NCBI GenBank assembly: GCA_021789895.1
Contig: JAJYIU010000014.1
Location: forward strand, 14,550-78,549
Direction of reading: 5' to 3'
Origin: Acidobacteriota bacterium
Lineage (GTDB): Bacteria > Acidobacteriota > Terriglobia > Terriglobales > SCQP01
DNA: 64,000 nucleotides
Numbering within the stretch: the stretch's first letter is position 1; each line of letters opens with the position of its first letter. Of this stretch, positions 1 to 9,420 are shown in pieces. The translations under genes were made by a program, and so were the position numbers. The notes beneath the pieces were generated by a model. It made no database searches. It saw only the letters and a list, made by a program, of their open reading frames with translations, and was not told the DNA's origin.

Positions 1-11
1 TGGCGGGGGAA

Positions 12-1481
12 ATGAGGCGAGCCGCGGTGGTGGGGTTGGGAGCGCTGGCGCTAGGGCTGGCGGCGCCGCCGCCGGGATGGGCGCAGGCCGCCGCCGCCGC
101 GGCTGCGACGCCTGCGGCGCGGCAGGCTCCCGTAGCCCGGGCAGCCCTCGGAAATCAAGACATTCTGCGCTGGTATCGGCAACGGCTGCCGCCGCAGGTG
201 ATCGTGGCGCGGATTCGCGCCTCCGCGCGCGTCGCCTTCGATCTTTCCACCGCCGCGCTGGAGCGGCTGCAGCATGCCGGAGTGTCCGCGGCGGCGCTGG
301 CGGCCATGATTGCGCAACAGCGGCGGCAGGCGGTGGAGCGCGCGCGGGCGGCGCAGCGGCGCCAGGCTTCGGCGCAGCGGCGTGCGGCCGCGGCCCAAAG
401 ACGCGAGGCCGCGGCGCAGCGGCTGGCCTGGCGAAACAGCCGCGAGCTGGCGCGATCGGCCGGCCGGCAGTTGTCCGCGGAGCCGCCTTGGCCGGCGCCC
501 GCCGTGCCGGGATTTCTGCCGGCGATAGCGCCGGCGCTGGCCTGGGTGGCAGGCATTTCCGGCGAGCAGGTCCGACCGGCCTGCGGCTTTGTTTTGCGTT
601 CCGACGGCATTCTGGTCGCTGCCTGGCCGCGTCGGCGCGCGCCGGAGTCGGCGCGGGTGCGGCTGGGTAACGGCGCGGTGTACGACCGGCCGCGGCTGCT
701 CGATCTGGATACGCGGCGCGGCCTGCTCTGGCTGCGGCTGCCGGCACAGGGGCTGGCGGCCCTGGAATTTTCCCGCCGGGCATCGGCCGCGGCGCCCGCG
801 CGCGCGGCGCCTCTTCTGCCCGCGCAGACGGTGTACTTGCTGATCTATGCAAGATTTACCGGCGAGCGTTTTCGCCTGCTGCGCGGAATTTCGACGGCTG
901 CGCCGGCATTGGCGGCGCAACTTCGCCCGGCGCGGCTGGGCAAGGGGGCGGGAACGAGTTGGGGCGTAAGCGGCCAGTGGCTGGAGGATGCCGGCGGGGC
1001 GACGCCGGGGAGCCCGGTCTTCGGCGGCGACGGGCGCTGGCTGGGGATTGCGACTGAGCCGGTTCATGGCTCGGCGCGCCTGCTGCTTTTACCGCGCGGC
1101 GAGCTGACCGGGCACACCCGCCGCCAGGGGCGGCTGTTGCCGTTGCCTACCCCCGCCGGCAGCCCTGCTCTGCAGCGTTTCTATATCACCGACTTGACTG
1201 GGCACGATTACGGCGCGCGGCTGGCGGCGGAGCTGATCCAACGCTCCGCCCTGCGCCGGGCGCAGTCGCGCCGCCAGGCACGCTGGCTGCTGCAGCTCAC
1301 TCTACTCTACGAATCGCGCCGCCGGATCGAGCGGCTGGTCGTGCGCGATGCCGCCACCCGGCGCCAGACGTGGAGCGGCGAAGCCCCGATTATGCTCTTC
1401 CGCCGCAGCGCCGCCCGCCGGCTGGCGGACGAGTGGTTGAAGTCGCTGCCCGATGAACGAGCTGGGCATTCGCAGAGGTAA
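12..1481 (+). CDS. secreted Ala/Arg-rich hypothetical protein with a degenerate trypsin-like C-terminal half
   Basis: ATG at 12. Signal-like N-terminus MRRAAVVGLGALALGLAAPPPGWAQA. Q/R/A repeat AQRRQASAQRRAAAAQRREAAAQR. Blocks GFVLRSDGILVAA, LDLDTRRGLLWLRL and PGSPVFGGDGRWLGIAT resemble S1C protease blocks by eye. Product assignment is tentative. Confidence 0.6.
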   Translation: MRRAAVVGLGALALGLAAPPPGWAQAAAAAAATPAARQAPVARAALGNQDILRWYRQRLPPQVIVARIRASARVAFDLSTAALERLQHAGVSAAALAAMIAQQRRQAVERARAAQRRQASAQRRAAAAQRREAAAQRLAWRNSRELARSAGRQLSAEPPWPAPAVPGFLPAIAPALAWVAGISGEQVRPACGFVLRSDGILVAAWPRRRAPESARVRLGNGAVYDRPRLLDLDTRRGLLWLRLPAQGLAALEFSRRASAAAPARAAPLLPAQTVYLLIYARFTGERFRLLRGISTAAPALAAQLRPARLGKGAGTSWGVSGQWLEDAGGATPGSPVFGGDGRWLGIATEPVHGSARLLLLPRGELTGHTRRQGRLLPLPTPAGSPALQRFYITDLTGHDYGARLAAELIQRSALRRAQSRRQARWLLQLTLLYESRRRIERLVVRDAATRRQTWSGEAPIMLFRRSAARRLADEWLKSLPDERAGHSQR

Positions 1482-1662
1482 GTTCTCATGGCCGGCGCGA
1501 TCTAGAGTGCCTGAACGCTGTGCTGGCAAATGCGGTGCAAATATCGGGTTGGCCGCCACACCGAAAATATATAAATAGGTTGGAATAAGGGTGGCCGGGC
1601 CGGGTTGAAAAGTTGACTCCGGGGTTTGGCCGGTCCAGGTTTTATAATCGAAACACTGCGCC

Positions 1663-2754
1663 ATGAGTTCGTCTAGCGACAAACCCGCCGGCGATGCCGC
1701 CGCGCCCCTGGAGGCGCCCGGCCCGGCCGCCACGCTGCACGAGCCCGACACGGCCGCGCCGGAACGCGCGGGCGCGGCGGGTTGGTTTGTGGCGCTGCCG
1801 GAGGGCTGGCGCCCGCGCGCGCGGCTGTTGTGGGCGCAGACCCGGGCGGCGGGCAAGCTCCTGGGTCCCAGCGCGCGGCTGTTGTTTCAAATCGAAAACC
1901 ACACCTACGCCTATTCCGTGGCGGCCAGCGTGATTTTGGCGTTTCTGCCGTTTTTGCTGCTGCTGGTTACGGTGGCCGGCCTGCTCCGTTCCCCCGCCAC
2001 GGTGCAGGTGATCCACCAACTGGTGTACGACTATGTGCCCGCGGGACAGTCGCTGATCGTGCGCGATCTCAACTACCTGGCGCATCATCACACACACGCG
2101 GTGCAGGCGTTTTCGCTGCTGATGCTGGCGATCAGCAGCACCGGGGTGTTTTTGCCGCTGGAAGTGGCGCTGAACGGGATCTGGGGATTCCGAAAAAACC
2201 GCAGCTACCTGCGCAACCAGGCGATCTCGCTGGGGCTGGTGGCGGCCTGCGGCGCGCTGGCGTATATCTCGATCGCGCTGGCGGCCTGGGGGCAGGGCCT
2301 GGCGTATCATCTGCTGCATTTCCTGCTGCCGGCGGCCTGGACGGGCCTGCTGCACTACAGCGATCAGGCGATCGCCTGGCTGGTGATGCGGCTATGCGTG
2401 GTGCCGGCGACGATTTTCGGATTTTTTCTGATCTACTGGTGGCTGCCGAACGGGCCGGTTTCGGCGGTGCGGGTGTTTCCGGCGGCGCTGTATACCGGCC
2501 TGCTGGCGGAAATATTCCGCACCGGTTTTCGCTGGCTGCTGCCGCTGCTGGATTTCCACGCGGTCTATGCCGGCTTCGCGCTGCCGGTGACCTTGATCGT
2601 CTGGGGATTTGCCGGGGCGCTGCTACTGCTGTTTGGCGCCAGCCTGTCGGAGCGCGGAGTGGCGCGCATGCCGGCGCACCTGCGGATGAACTTGCACTGG
2701 CCGCCGGGGCTGCCGCACCGCCGCGGCGCGGACAAGCCGGGAGCCTACTCGTAG
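1663..2754 (+). CDS. YihY/BrkB (virulence factor BrkB) family inner-membrane protein
   Basis: ATG at 1663. Polytopic membrane protein. The C-terminal block FRTGFRWLLPLLDFHAVYAGFALPVTLIVWGFAGALLLLFGASLS is typical of the YihY/BrkB family. Confidence 0.8.
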   Translation: MSSSSDKPAGDAAAPLEAPGPAATLHEPDTAAPERAGAAGWFVALPEGWRPRARLLWAQTRAAGKLLGPSARLLFQIENHTYAYSVAASVILAFLPFLLLLVTVAGLLRSPATVQVIHQLVYDYVPAGQSLIVRDLNYLAHHHTHAVQAFSLLMLAISSTGVFLPLEVALNGIWGFRKNRSYLRNQAISLGLVAACGALAYISIALAAWGQGLAYHLLHFLLPAAWTGLLHYSDQAIAWLVMRLCVVPATIFGFFLIYWWLPNGPVSAVRVFPAALYTGLLAEIFRTGFRWLLPLLDFHAVYAGFALPVTLIVWGFAGALLLLFGASLSERGVARMPAHLRMNLHWPPGLPHRRGADKPGAYS

Positions 2755-3998
2755 CGCAGCGCTTCGATCGGATCGAGCTGGGCGGCTTTGACGGCGGGAT
2801 ACACGCCAAAGAACAAGCCGACGCTGACGGCGGCGCTGAAGCCGATGTATACCGCCCAGAGTGGAATGTGCGAGGGAAGCTTCGGCAGCAGGATGTGGAT
2901 CAGCAGGCTGATCAGCCAGCCGCCCAGAATGCCGATCAGCCCGCCAATGCCGGTGAGGGTGACGGCTTCGGCGAGAAATTGCTGGGTGATATCGGTACGG
3001 CGGGCGCCGACGGCTTTGCGGACGCCGATCTCGCGGGTGCGCTCGGTGACCGAGACCAGCATGATATTCATCACCCCGACGCCGCCGATCAGCATGCCGA
3101 TCGAGGCGATGATGACGATGATCAGCGCGACCTCGGCGGTGATGTCGTGAAACTGCTGGATGATGCTGTCGGCGGTGGCGAAGCCGAAGCTGTCGGGTTG
3201 ATTCCACTTGTCATGCCGGCTGCGGCGCAGCGCAATCCGTATCTGGTCAATCGCTTCCTGTAATTCGCCCGGCTTGGCGGCGGCGGCGAAGAAGTGTTCC
3301 CGCGCATTGGCGTAGATTTTACGGAAGGTGTCGTACGGGATCACCGCTGCGAGATCCTGTTGATCGTTGCCGGCCATATTTTGCTGGGCAAAGACGCCAA
3401 TCACGCGAAAACTGTTGCCGTTGACGTTGACATGGCCCCCGATCGGGTTCGGCGTGCGCGGGAACAGGTCCTGGGCCAGGGTGGTGCCCAGCACGATTTC
3501 CATCTGGTGATGGCGGTTTTCGACCGAAGTGTAGAAGCGGCCCGCGCCTAAGGTGCGGTTCATGACCACCGGGTAGTTGGGCATGGCGCCGCTGAACTGG
3601 ATGCCGGCCACGACATGGCCCTTGCGCATCGCCTGATCGGGGGTGCCGCCATATTCGCCGATATCGCGAAACACCTGCGGGCTGACCGCCTCGCACGCCG
3701 TGCAAAAAGCCTCGACTTCGTCAATATCGTGCTGGCTGATCGGCGGGCGGTTGAGCTCCTGCGGCGTCAGCCGGCCGACATGAATGCCGGGCTGAAACTT
3801 ATAGACGAAGATGGTGTTGGTGCCGAAGCTCTTCATCTCGTTGGTGAACGACTGATTGAGTCCGGTCAGAATGCTGCCAATCGCCATCAGGGTGGCGACG
3901 CCGATGCTGACGCCGAGGATGGTCAGGCCCGAGCGCAGCTTGTGGTTGCGCAGGGTATCCATCGCCAGTTGCAGGTTTTCCCCGATCGGCGACGCCAT
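2745..3998 (-). CDS. ABC transporter permease, MacB/FtsX family
   Basis: N-terminal TM helix, large periplasmic domain, then a C-terminal FtsX 3-TM module (VTERTREIGVRKAVGARRTDI motif). Its start lies 1 nt after the stop of the upstream paralogous permease. Confidence 0.9.
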   Translation of the reverse strand: MASPIGENLQLAMDTLRNHKLRSGLTILGVSIGVATLMAIGSILTGLNQSFTNEMKSFGTNTIFVYKFQPGIHVGRLTPQELNRPPISQHDIDEVEAFCTACEAVSPQVFRDIGEYGGTPDQAMRKGHVVAGIQFSGAMPNYPVVMNRTLGAGRFYTSVENRHHQMEIVLGTTLAQDLFPRTPNPIGGHVNVNGNSFRVIGVFAQQNMAGNDQQDLAAVIPYDTFRKIYANAREHFFAAAAKPGELQEAIDQIRIALRRSRHDKWNQPDSFGFATADSIIQQFHDITAEVALIIVIIASIGMLIGGVGVMNIMLVSVTERTREIGVRKAVGARRTDITQQFLAEAVTLTGIGGLIGILGGWLISLLIHILLPKLPSHIPLWAVYIGFSAAVSVGLFFGVYPAVKAAQLDPIEALRYE

Positions 3999-3999
3999 C

Positions 4000-5241
4000 T
4001 CAAGCCTCCGCCCGCAAGGCCACGATGGGCTCCAGTTTGGCCGCCTTGGCCGCGGGATAGATGCCGAAAAAGAGGCCGACGGCGGTGGAGATGAACAGCG
4101 CGATGATCACGGCGCTCAAGGGCAGCTTGAACGGGATCGAGCTCAGATGCCCGGCCACGGTGGTAAACAGCCAGGCCACCAGGATGCCGATCGTTCCGCC
4201 GACGGCGGAAAGCACCGCCGATTCGACCAGGAACTGCCAGAGCACGTCGCGGCGTTTCGCGCCCAGCGCCTTGCGGATGCCGACCTCGCGGGTGCGTTCG
4301 GTGACCGCGGCCAGCATGATATTCATGATCACGATGCCGCCTACCACCAGGAAGATCGCGGTGACGCCGACCGCGACGGCCGCGATGGAGCCGGTCAGCC
4401 GGTGCCAGAGATCCATGATCGCGCTGGAGCCGATGATGCCGAAATTGTCCTTATCGTAATAAGACAAATGATGGCGCGCGCGCATCAGCAGCCGCACCTC
4501 GTCAATCGCCGGGTTAATCAGGCTGGAGTTGGCCACTTTAAAGCTGATGCCGATCGAATCCTGGTTGCCATGCAGCTTGCGATAGGTGGAGATGGGAATA
4601 ATGATGAACTGATCGAGGGAATTGCCAAAGACATTGCCTTGGCGCGTGGCCACGCCGATCACGCGAAATCGGTGGCCGTCGGCGATCAGATGCCGGCCGA
4701 GCGGATTGACGTCCGGGAACAGATGGGTCACCAGGTCGGGACCGATGAAGGCGACCATGGTGCGATGCACTTCGTCGAAATGATCGAGGAAACGGCCTTG
4801 CGCCACTTCAAACGTCACCATGCTCATATCCGAGGGCGTGACGCCGCGCATGGCGACTTGATCCATGCTTTGGCCATTGGCCTTGACGGTGCCGCTCCCC
4901 CGAAAACCGCCGAAAACAAACGCCGAAACGGCAATCGGCAGCCGGGCGTGCGTCTTTAAATATTCGTAGTCGGACATGCGCAGAATGGGATTGCGCTTCA
5001 CGGCGGCCATGAAGGCCTGCCGGTCGGTGTATTCATGCAGGGAAAAACGCTGCAGGGTGAAGGTATTCAACCCCAGCCGCCCGATCTTGGTGGCGACATA
5101 AAAATTGATGCCATCCACGAACGAGACGACCGCGACCAGGGTGCAGATGGAGATGATGATGCCCAGCAGGGTCAAGAAGCTGCGCAGCTTATGCGCCCAT
5201 AGGGACTCGAACGCGATCCGTATGGCTTCGCGAATCTGCAT
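4000..5241 (-). CDS. ABC transporter permease, MacB/FtsX family (paralog of 2745-3998)
   Basis: Same architecture as the neighbouring permease. Motif VTERTREVGIRKALGAKRRDV. Lies 12 nt downstream of the ATPase gene. Confidence 0.9.
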   Translation of the reverse strand: MQIREAIRIAFESLWAHKLRSFLTLLGIIISICTLVAVVSFVDGINFYVATKIGRLGLNTFTLQRFSLHEYTDRQAFMAAVKRNPILRMSDYEYLKTHARLPIAVSAFVFGGFRGSGTVKANGQSMDQVAMRGVTPSDMSMVTFEVAQGRFLDHFDEVHRTMVAFIGPDLVTHLFPDVNPLGRHLIADGHRFRVIGVATRQGNVFGNSLDQFIIIPISTYRKLHGNQDSIGISFKVANSSLINPAIDEVRLLMRARHHLSYYDKDNFGIIGSSAIMDLWHRLTGSIAAVAVGVTAIFLVVGGIVIMNIMLAAVTERTREVGIRKALGAKRRDVLWQFLVESAVLSAVGGTIGILVAWLFTTVAGHLSSIPFKLPLSAVIIALFISTAVGLFFGIYPAAKAAKLEPIVALRAEA

Positions 5242-5253
5242 GTGCCCCCGCCG

Positions 5254-5991
5254 CTAAGTCCGTACCGTCGTGCGCGCGGTGACCCGGTCTTCGGCGATCT
5301 GGCCGTCCCGAATATGGATGACGCGGTGAGCATACTCGGCAATGTCGTGCTCGTGCGTGACCAGCAGGATGGTGTTGCCTTGTTCCCAGAGGCGGTCGAA
5401 GAGGCTCATGATTTCCTTGCTGGTGGTGCTATCGAGGTTGCCGGTCGGCTCATCGGCCAGAATGAGCGAAGGGTTATTCACCAGGGCGCGGGCGATGGCT
5501 ACGCGCTGGCGCTGGCCGCCGGAAAGCTCGTTGGGCTTGTGCTGCTTGCGGTCCGTCAGGTCCACTTTGCGCAAGGCATCCAGGGCGCGCTCGGCGCGTT
5601 CGGACGCCGGCACGCCGGCATAGATGAGCGGAAGCTCGACATTGTGCAGCGAGGTTGCGCGCGGCAACAGGTTGAAAGTTTGAAAGACGAACCCGATTTC
5701 CCGGTTGCGGATGTAGGCCAGTTCGTCGTCGGTGAGATCGCCGACCGGCTGCCCGTTAAGCCAATATTGGCCGCGGCTGGGCGTATCCAGGCAGCCGATC
5801 AGATTCATGAGCGTGCTTTTGCCCGAGCCGGAAGGTCCCATGATGGCGACGTACTCGTTGCGGCGGATATCTAAATTGACGCCGCGCAGCGCCGCCACCT
5901 GCTCGACCCCCATGGAATAGAGCTTCCAAAGGTCTGCGGTTCGGATGATGGATTCGACCGTGGTCGCGGCGGAAGTGGCCATGGGATTCAT
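5254..5991 (-). CDS. ABC transporter ATP-binding protein (MacB/LolD type)
   Basis: Walker [10 protein letters not shown], signature [15 protein letters not shown], Walker [13 protein letters not shown]. Start is 2 nt after the adaptor gene stop. Confidence 0.95.
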   Translation of the reverse strand: MNPMATSAATTVESIIRTADLWKLYSMGVEQVAALRGVNLDIRRNEYVAIMGPSGSGKSTLMNLIGCLDTPSRGQYWLNGQPVGDLTDDELAYIRNREIGFVFQTFNLLPRATSLHNVELPLIYAGVPASERAERALDALRKVDLTDRKQHKPNELSGGQRQRVAIARALVNNPSLILADEPTGNLDSTTSKEIMSLFDRLWEQGNTILLVTHEHDIAEYAHRVIHIRDGQIAEDRVTARTTVRT

Positions 5992-5993
5992 CG

Positions 5994-7385
5994 CTAGCTG
6001 GCGGAATTGGCTTGCGCGGCGGCGGCCGGATTCACGTTGTTGATCTTGATGCGGGCGTGATTTTTCAGCGTGCGCAGCGCGCTATACGGGCCCGTCACCA
6101 CCTGGTCGCTGGCCTGCAGCCCATGCAAGACCTGGATATGATCTTCCCCGGTGACGCCGGTTTGGACCGGCACGAACACTGCTTCCTGGCCGCGGATCAC
6201 GAAGACTCCCTGGATGGGCTTGGCATTTTTTTTCACTGCGCCGGGAGTGGCGGCTTCGGCCACTCCGCTGCCGGAGCTGCCGCCGGGTTTCAACTGGGCG
6301 GGGTCGCGCTCGACGATGGCCTGAATGGGAATGCTCAGAGCGTTATGCGCCACCGCGGTGATGATGTGGCCGGTGCAGGACAATCCGGGCCGGATGCCAT
6401 CGGGGGGCCGATTCAAGGTAATGACTACCTTGAAGTCTTTCGCTTCCTGGTTGGCCTGGCCGCCCGAAGTCGTCGCCGCCACGCCGGTCGATTGCAATAA
6501 CGCGGTGTCGCCAACTTCGGTCACCGTGCCGGGGAACTCGTCGCTGCCATAGGCGTCCACCGACACCGTCGCCGGCTGGCCCACCCTCACATGGGTGATG
6601 TCGGATTCATCCACCTGCAGATGCGCGGTCACGATCGACATATCGGCGACGCGCATCAGCAGGCTGCCGGGCGAGTTTTCGATTCCCAGTACGGCGGTAT
6701 CGCCTACGTGCACCGGTAAATACACCACCAATCCGTTTAACGGGCTGGTATAGATGGTCAAGCTGAGCTGATCTTTGGCGCTTTGCAACTGCGCGCTGGC
6801 TTGACGGATTTGCATATGCGCGCTGTGCACGGTGGCGGCAGACTGTTGGATGCGCGCTTGATCCAATTGCACTTGGGCGGCGGCGGCATCGTAGGCCTCG
6901 CGGGCGGAATCGTAATCGGAGCGCGAAATCAATTCCTGGTGATAGAGCCCCTGGGCACGGCGCCAGTTGGCCTTTTGCTGGGCGTATTGCGCCTGGCTCT
7001 GCTGCAGGCTGGCGCGCGAGGTCGCCAAGGCGGCGCTTTGCGCCTGTGCTTGCGCTTCCAGCGTATGCAGGTTGGCCGTCATCGCCTCGACGTTGGCGTG
7101 CTGTTGCACATTCCACAGCTCTGCGAGCCGCTCGCCTTTTTTCACCCGGTCGCCTTCGTGAACGTACAAATGGGTGATCTGCCCGACCGAATTGGAGCTA
7201 ATGTCGGCATAGTTTTTCGGCTTGATCTGACCCGTGGCGGTCACGATGGCGGTGACGGTGTCGCGAACCACGGGCTGGGTTTGCACCGTGACCACGCCGC
7301 GATTGCGATGCAGTATCGAAATCACGACGACCGCCGCCAGCAGCACCAATACCAGCGTCATCCAGAGCAGTTTTTTTCGCTTCAT
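5994..7385 (-). CDS. efflux transporter periplasmic adaptor subunit (HlyD/MacA family)
   Basis: N-terminal TM anchor, a long Q/A-rich coiled-coil hairpin (residues ~100-210), and barrel-sandwich and beta-barrel regions. First gene of the 4-gene efflux operon. Confidence 0.9.
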   Translation of the reverse strand: MKRKKLLWMTLVLVLLAAVVVISILHRNRGVVTVQTQPVVRDTVTAIVTATGQIKPKNYADISSNSVGQITHLYVHEGDRVKKGERLAELWNVQQHANVEAMTANLHTLEAQAQAQSAALATSRASLQQSQAQYAQQKANWRRAQGLYHQELISRSDYDSAREAYDAAAAQVQLDQARIQQSAATVHSAHMQIRQASAQLQSAKDQLSLTIYTSPLNGLVVYLPVHVGDTAVLGIENSPGSLLMRVADMSIVTAHLQVDESDITHVRVGQPATVSVDAYGSDEFPGTVTEVGDTALLQSTGVAATTSGGQANQEAKDFKVVITLNRPPDGIRPGLSCTGHIITAVAHNALSIPIQAIVERDPAQLKPGGSSGSGVAEAATPGAVKKNAKPIQGVFVIRGQEAVFVPVQTGVTGEDHIQVLHGLQASDQVVTGPYSALRTLKNHARIKINNVNPAAAAQANSAS

Positions 7386-7619
7386 CTACAGTGGCAGGGT
7401 GGAGTGCCCGTTCCTCCTAAGTTTCCAATACGATGGGCGGTGGGGAATGTTTCAAATCTTTCATTTGCCCGGCGTCGTACAGCGCGCGCATCCCCGGAGC
7501 GGATGCCGGCCCGAAGCCAGCGGCAACATGCCCGGCGGGTAGCCTACAGATGGCAGGTAAGTAGCCTGAATTCCGTACTATAGCATACAGGATGGCAGGA
7601 GCTTGGGCTGGCTTTTCTC

Positions 7620-7648
7620 TTGACCCTTCCCGCCCGCGAACCTACAAT
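7620..7648 (+). promoter_or_regulatory. sigma-70-type promoter candidate (TTGACC-N17-TACAAT)
   Basis: TTGACC at 7620-7625, exactly 17 nt of spacer, TACAAT at 7643-7648. Lies in the divergent gap between the efflux operon and the GWxTD gene. The TTG that opens the track ORF is the -35 box itself. Confidence 0.5.
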
Positions 7649-7697
7649 CAACTCTATGCCACAAGTAGTGGGGATGAGCCAAAGCTGCGGAATCCGG

Positions 7698-9383
7698 ATG
7701 CGGCGAACGGCTTTCGTTTTGGCAGCCGGCTTTGGCGTATTCGCCGCCGGCGCGGTCACCGCCCGCGGCCAGCACCCCGCGACCACCCCGGTCGCGCCGC
7801 AAACCCTATCACCGGCGGCGCAAAAGCGCAGCTACAAGCAAGAACAGGCGCGGCGGAAAAAGCTGCAGCAGGAACTGGAAGGCTACTACAAGAAGTGGCT
7901 GAACCAGGATGTCACTTACATCATCACGCCGGCCGAACGCGAAGCCTTTTTGAAGCTGCGCACCAACGAAGAGCGCGACCAGTTTATCGAGGCCTTCTGG
8001 CAGCGCCGCAATCCCGATCCCGACTCGCCCTACAACTCCTTTAAAGAGGAGTATTACCGCCGCATCGCCTATGCCAACGCTCACTTCGCCAATGGTGAAC
8101 CCGGCTGGCGCACCGACCGCGGCCGCATCTGGATCATGTACGGCAAGCCGGACGAGCAGGACACCCATCCCGATGGCGGCCCCTGGGAGCGCCCCGACTG
8201 GATGGGCGGCGGCGAAGCCGTGACCTATCCCTTCGAGGATTGGATTTATCACTACATCCCCGGCGTCGGCACCGAAGTCAAGCTGGAGTTCGTGGACAAG
8301 TGCATGTGCGGCGACTATGAGCTGACCATGGACCCCTGCGCCAAAGACGCATTGAACGAGGTGCCCAACGGCGATCCGACCATGGCCGAGTCCATGGGCA
8401 TCAGCTCGCAATCCGCGCGCTTCACCAATACCAACGGCACTACCTGCCCGGGCGGATTCGGCAGCGGCTTCATGCCGGAGCAATACAACGAGTTCACCCG
8501 GCTCGAACAATACGCCGCCATCTGGCGCGCCCCGAAGATCAAGTTCAAAGACCTTTACGAGGTGATCAGTAAGACCATCAACTATCACCTCCTGCCATTC
8601 CAGTTCCGGGCCGACTACGTCAAAATCACCGACGATACGGTGCTGGTGCCGTTTACCATCCAGATCGCCGACCGCAACATGACTTTCCGCCAGACCAATG
8701 GCGTGCAGCAAAGCCGGATTAACGTGCTGGGCCGCATCTCCACCCTCACCGGGCGCACGGTGGATACCTTCGAGAACGTAGTCCAACTCAATGTGCCCTC
8801 CGAGTTGCTGCCGCAGTACATGACGCAAACCGCGCGCTACTGGCACGGCGCGCTGCTGCGTCCCGGCCGCTACAAGATTGACCTGGCGCTGAAAGACGTC
8901 AACAGCCCGAACAAAATGGGCACCTTGCGGCGGGCCATCATCGTGCCGCAATTCAGCGACCACAAGTTGCAAAGCTCGACCATCATGCTGGCCGACGAGA
9001 TCGAGCGCGTTCCCAGTCAGGATGTGGGCGGAGGCCAATTCATCATCGGCAACACCAAGGTGCGGCCGGTGGTGGGCGACTACTTCCATCGCAACCAGTC
9101 GATGGGCATCTGGATGCAACTGTACAACCTGAAGGTCAGCCAGACGACCCACAAGCCCTCGGCCACGATCGAGTGGCGGATTCTGAACGCCGCCAACAAT
9201 CAGGTGATCTTCCAGCACAAGGAGCAGGCGCAGACGTTGAGCAACGCGGCGGAACAGATGACGCTGGAAAAAACCCTGCCGCTGGAGAGCTTCCGTCCCG
9301 GCTCCTACCGGCTGGTAGTACAGGTTACCGACAACCTGGATGGTCAGACCATTTCACCGCAGACGGTGTTTTACGTAAAATAG
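7698..9383 (+). CDS. GWxTD domain-containing secreted protein
   Basis: Signal peptide MRRTAFVLAAGFGVFAAGAVTARGQ. Motif WQRRNPDPDSPYN...GWRTDRGRIWIMYGKPDE (GWxTD). In-frame alternative ATGs at 7656 and 7674. Confidence 0.85.
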   Translation: MRRTAFVLAAGFGVFAAGAVTARGQHPATTPVAPQTLSPAAQKRSYKQEQARRKKLQQELEGYYKKWLNQDVTYIITPAEREAFLKLRTNEERDQFIEAFWQRRNPDPDSPYNSFKEEYYRRIAYANAHFANGEPGWRTDRGRIWIMYGKPDEQDTHPDGGPWERPDWMGGGEAVTYPFEDWIYHYIPGVGTEVKLEFVDKCMCGDYELTMDPCAKDALNEVPNGDPTMAESMGISSQSARFTNTNGTTCPGGFGSGFMPEQYNEFTRLEQYAAIWRAPKIKFKDLYEVISKTINYHLLPFQFRADYVKITDDTVLVPFTIQIADRNMTFRQTNGVQQSRINVLGRISTLTGRTVDTFENVVQLNVPSELLPQYMTQTARYWHGALLRPGRYKIDLALKDVNSPNKMGTLRRAIIVPQFSDHKLQSSTIMLADEIERVPSQDVGGGQFIIGNTKVRPVVGDYFHRNQSMGIWMQLYNLKVSQTTHKPSATIEWRILNAANNQVIFQHKEQAQTLSNAAEQMTLEKTLPLESFRPGSYRLVVQVTDNLDGQTISPQTVFYVK

Positions 9384-9420
9384 GCCCCAAGGTCCTGGCC
9401 CCCCGGACCAGGCCAAGCCC

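Noticed and set aside
1613-1648. TTGACT … TATAAT upstream of the YihY gene
   Set aside because: The hexamers are good but the spacer is 24 nt, which is incompatible with a standard sigma-70 promoter.
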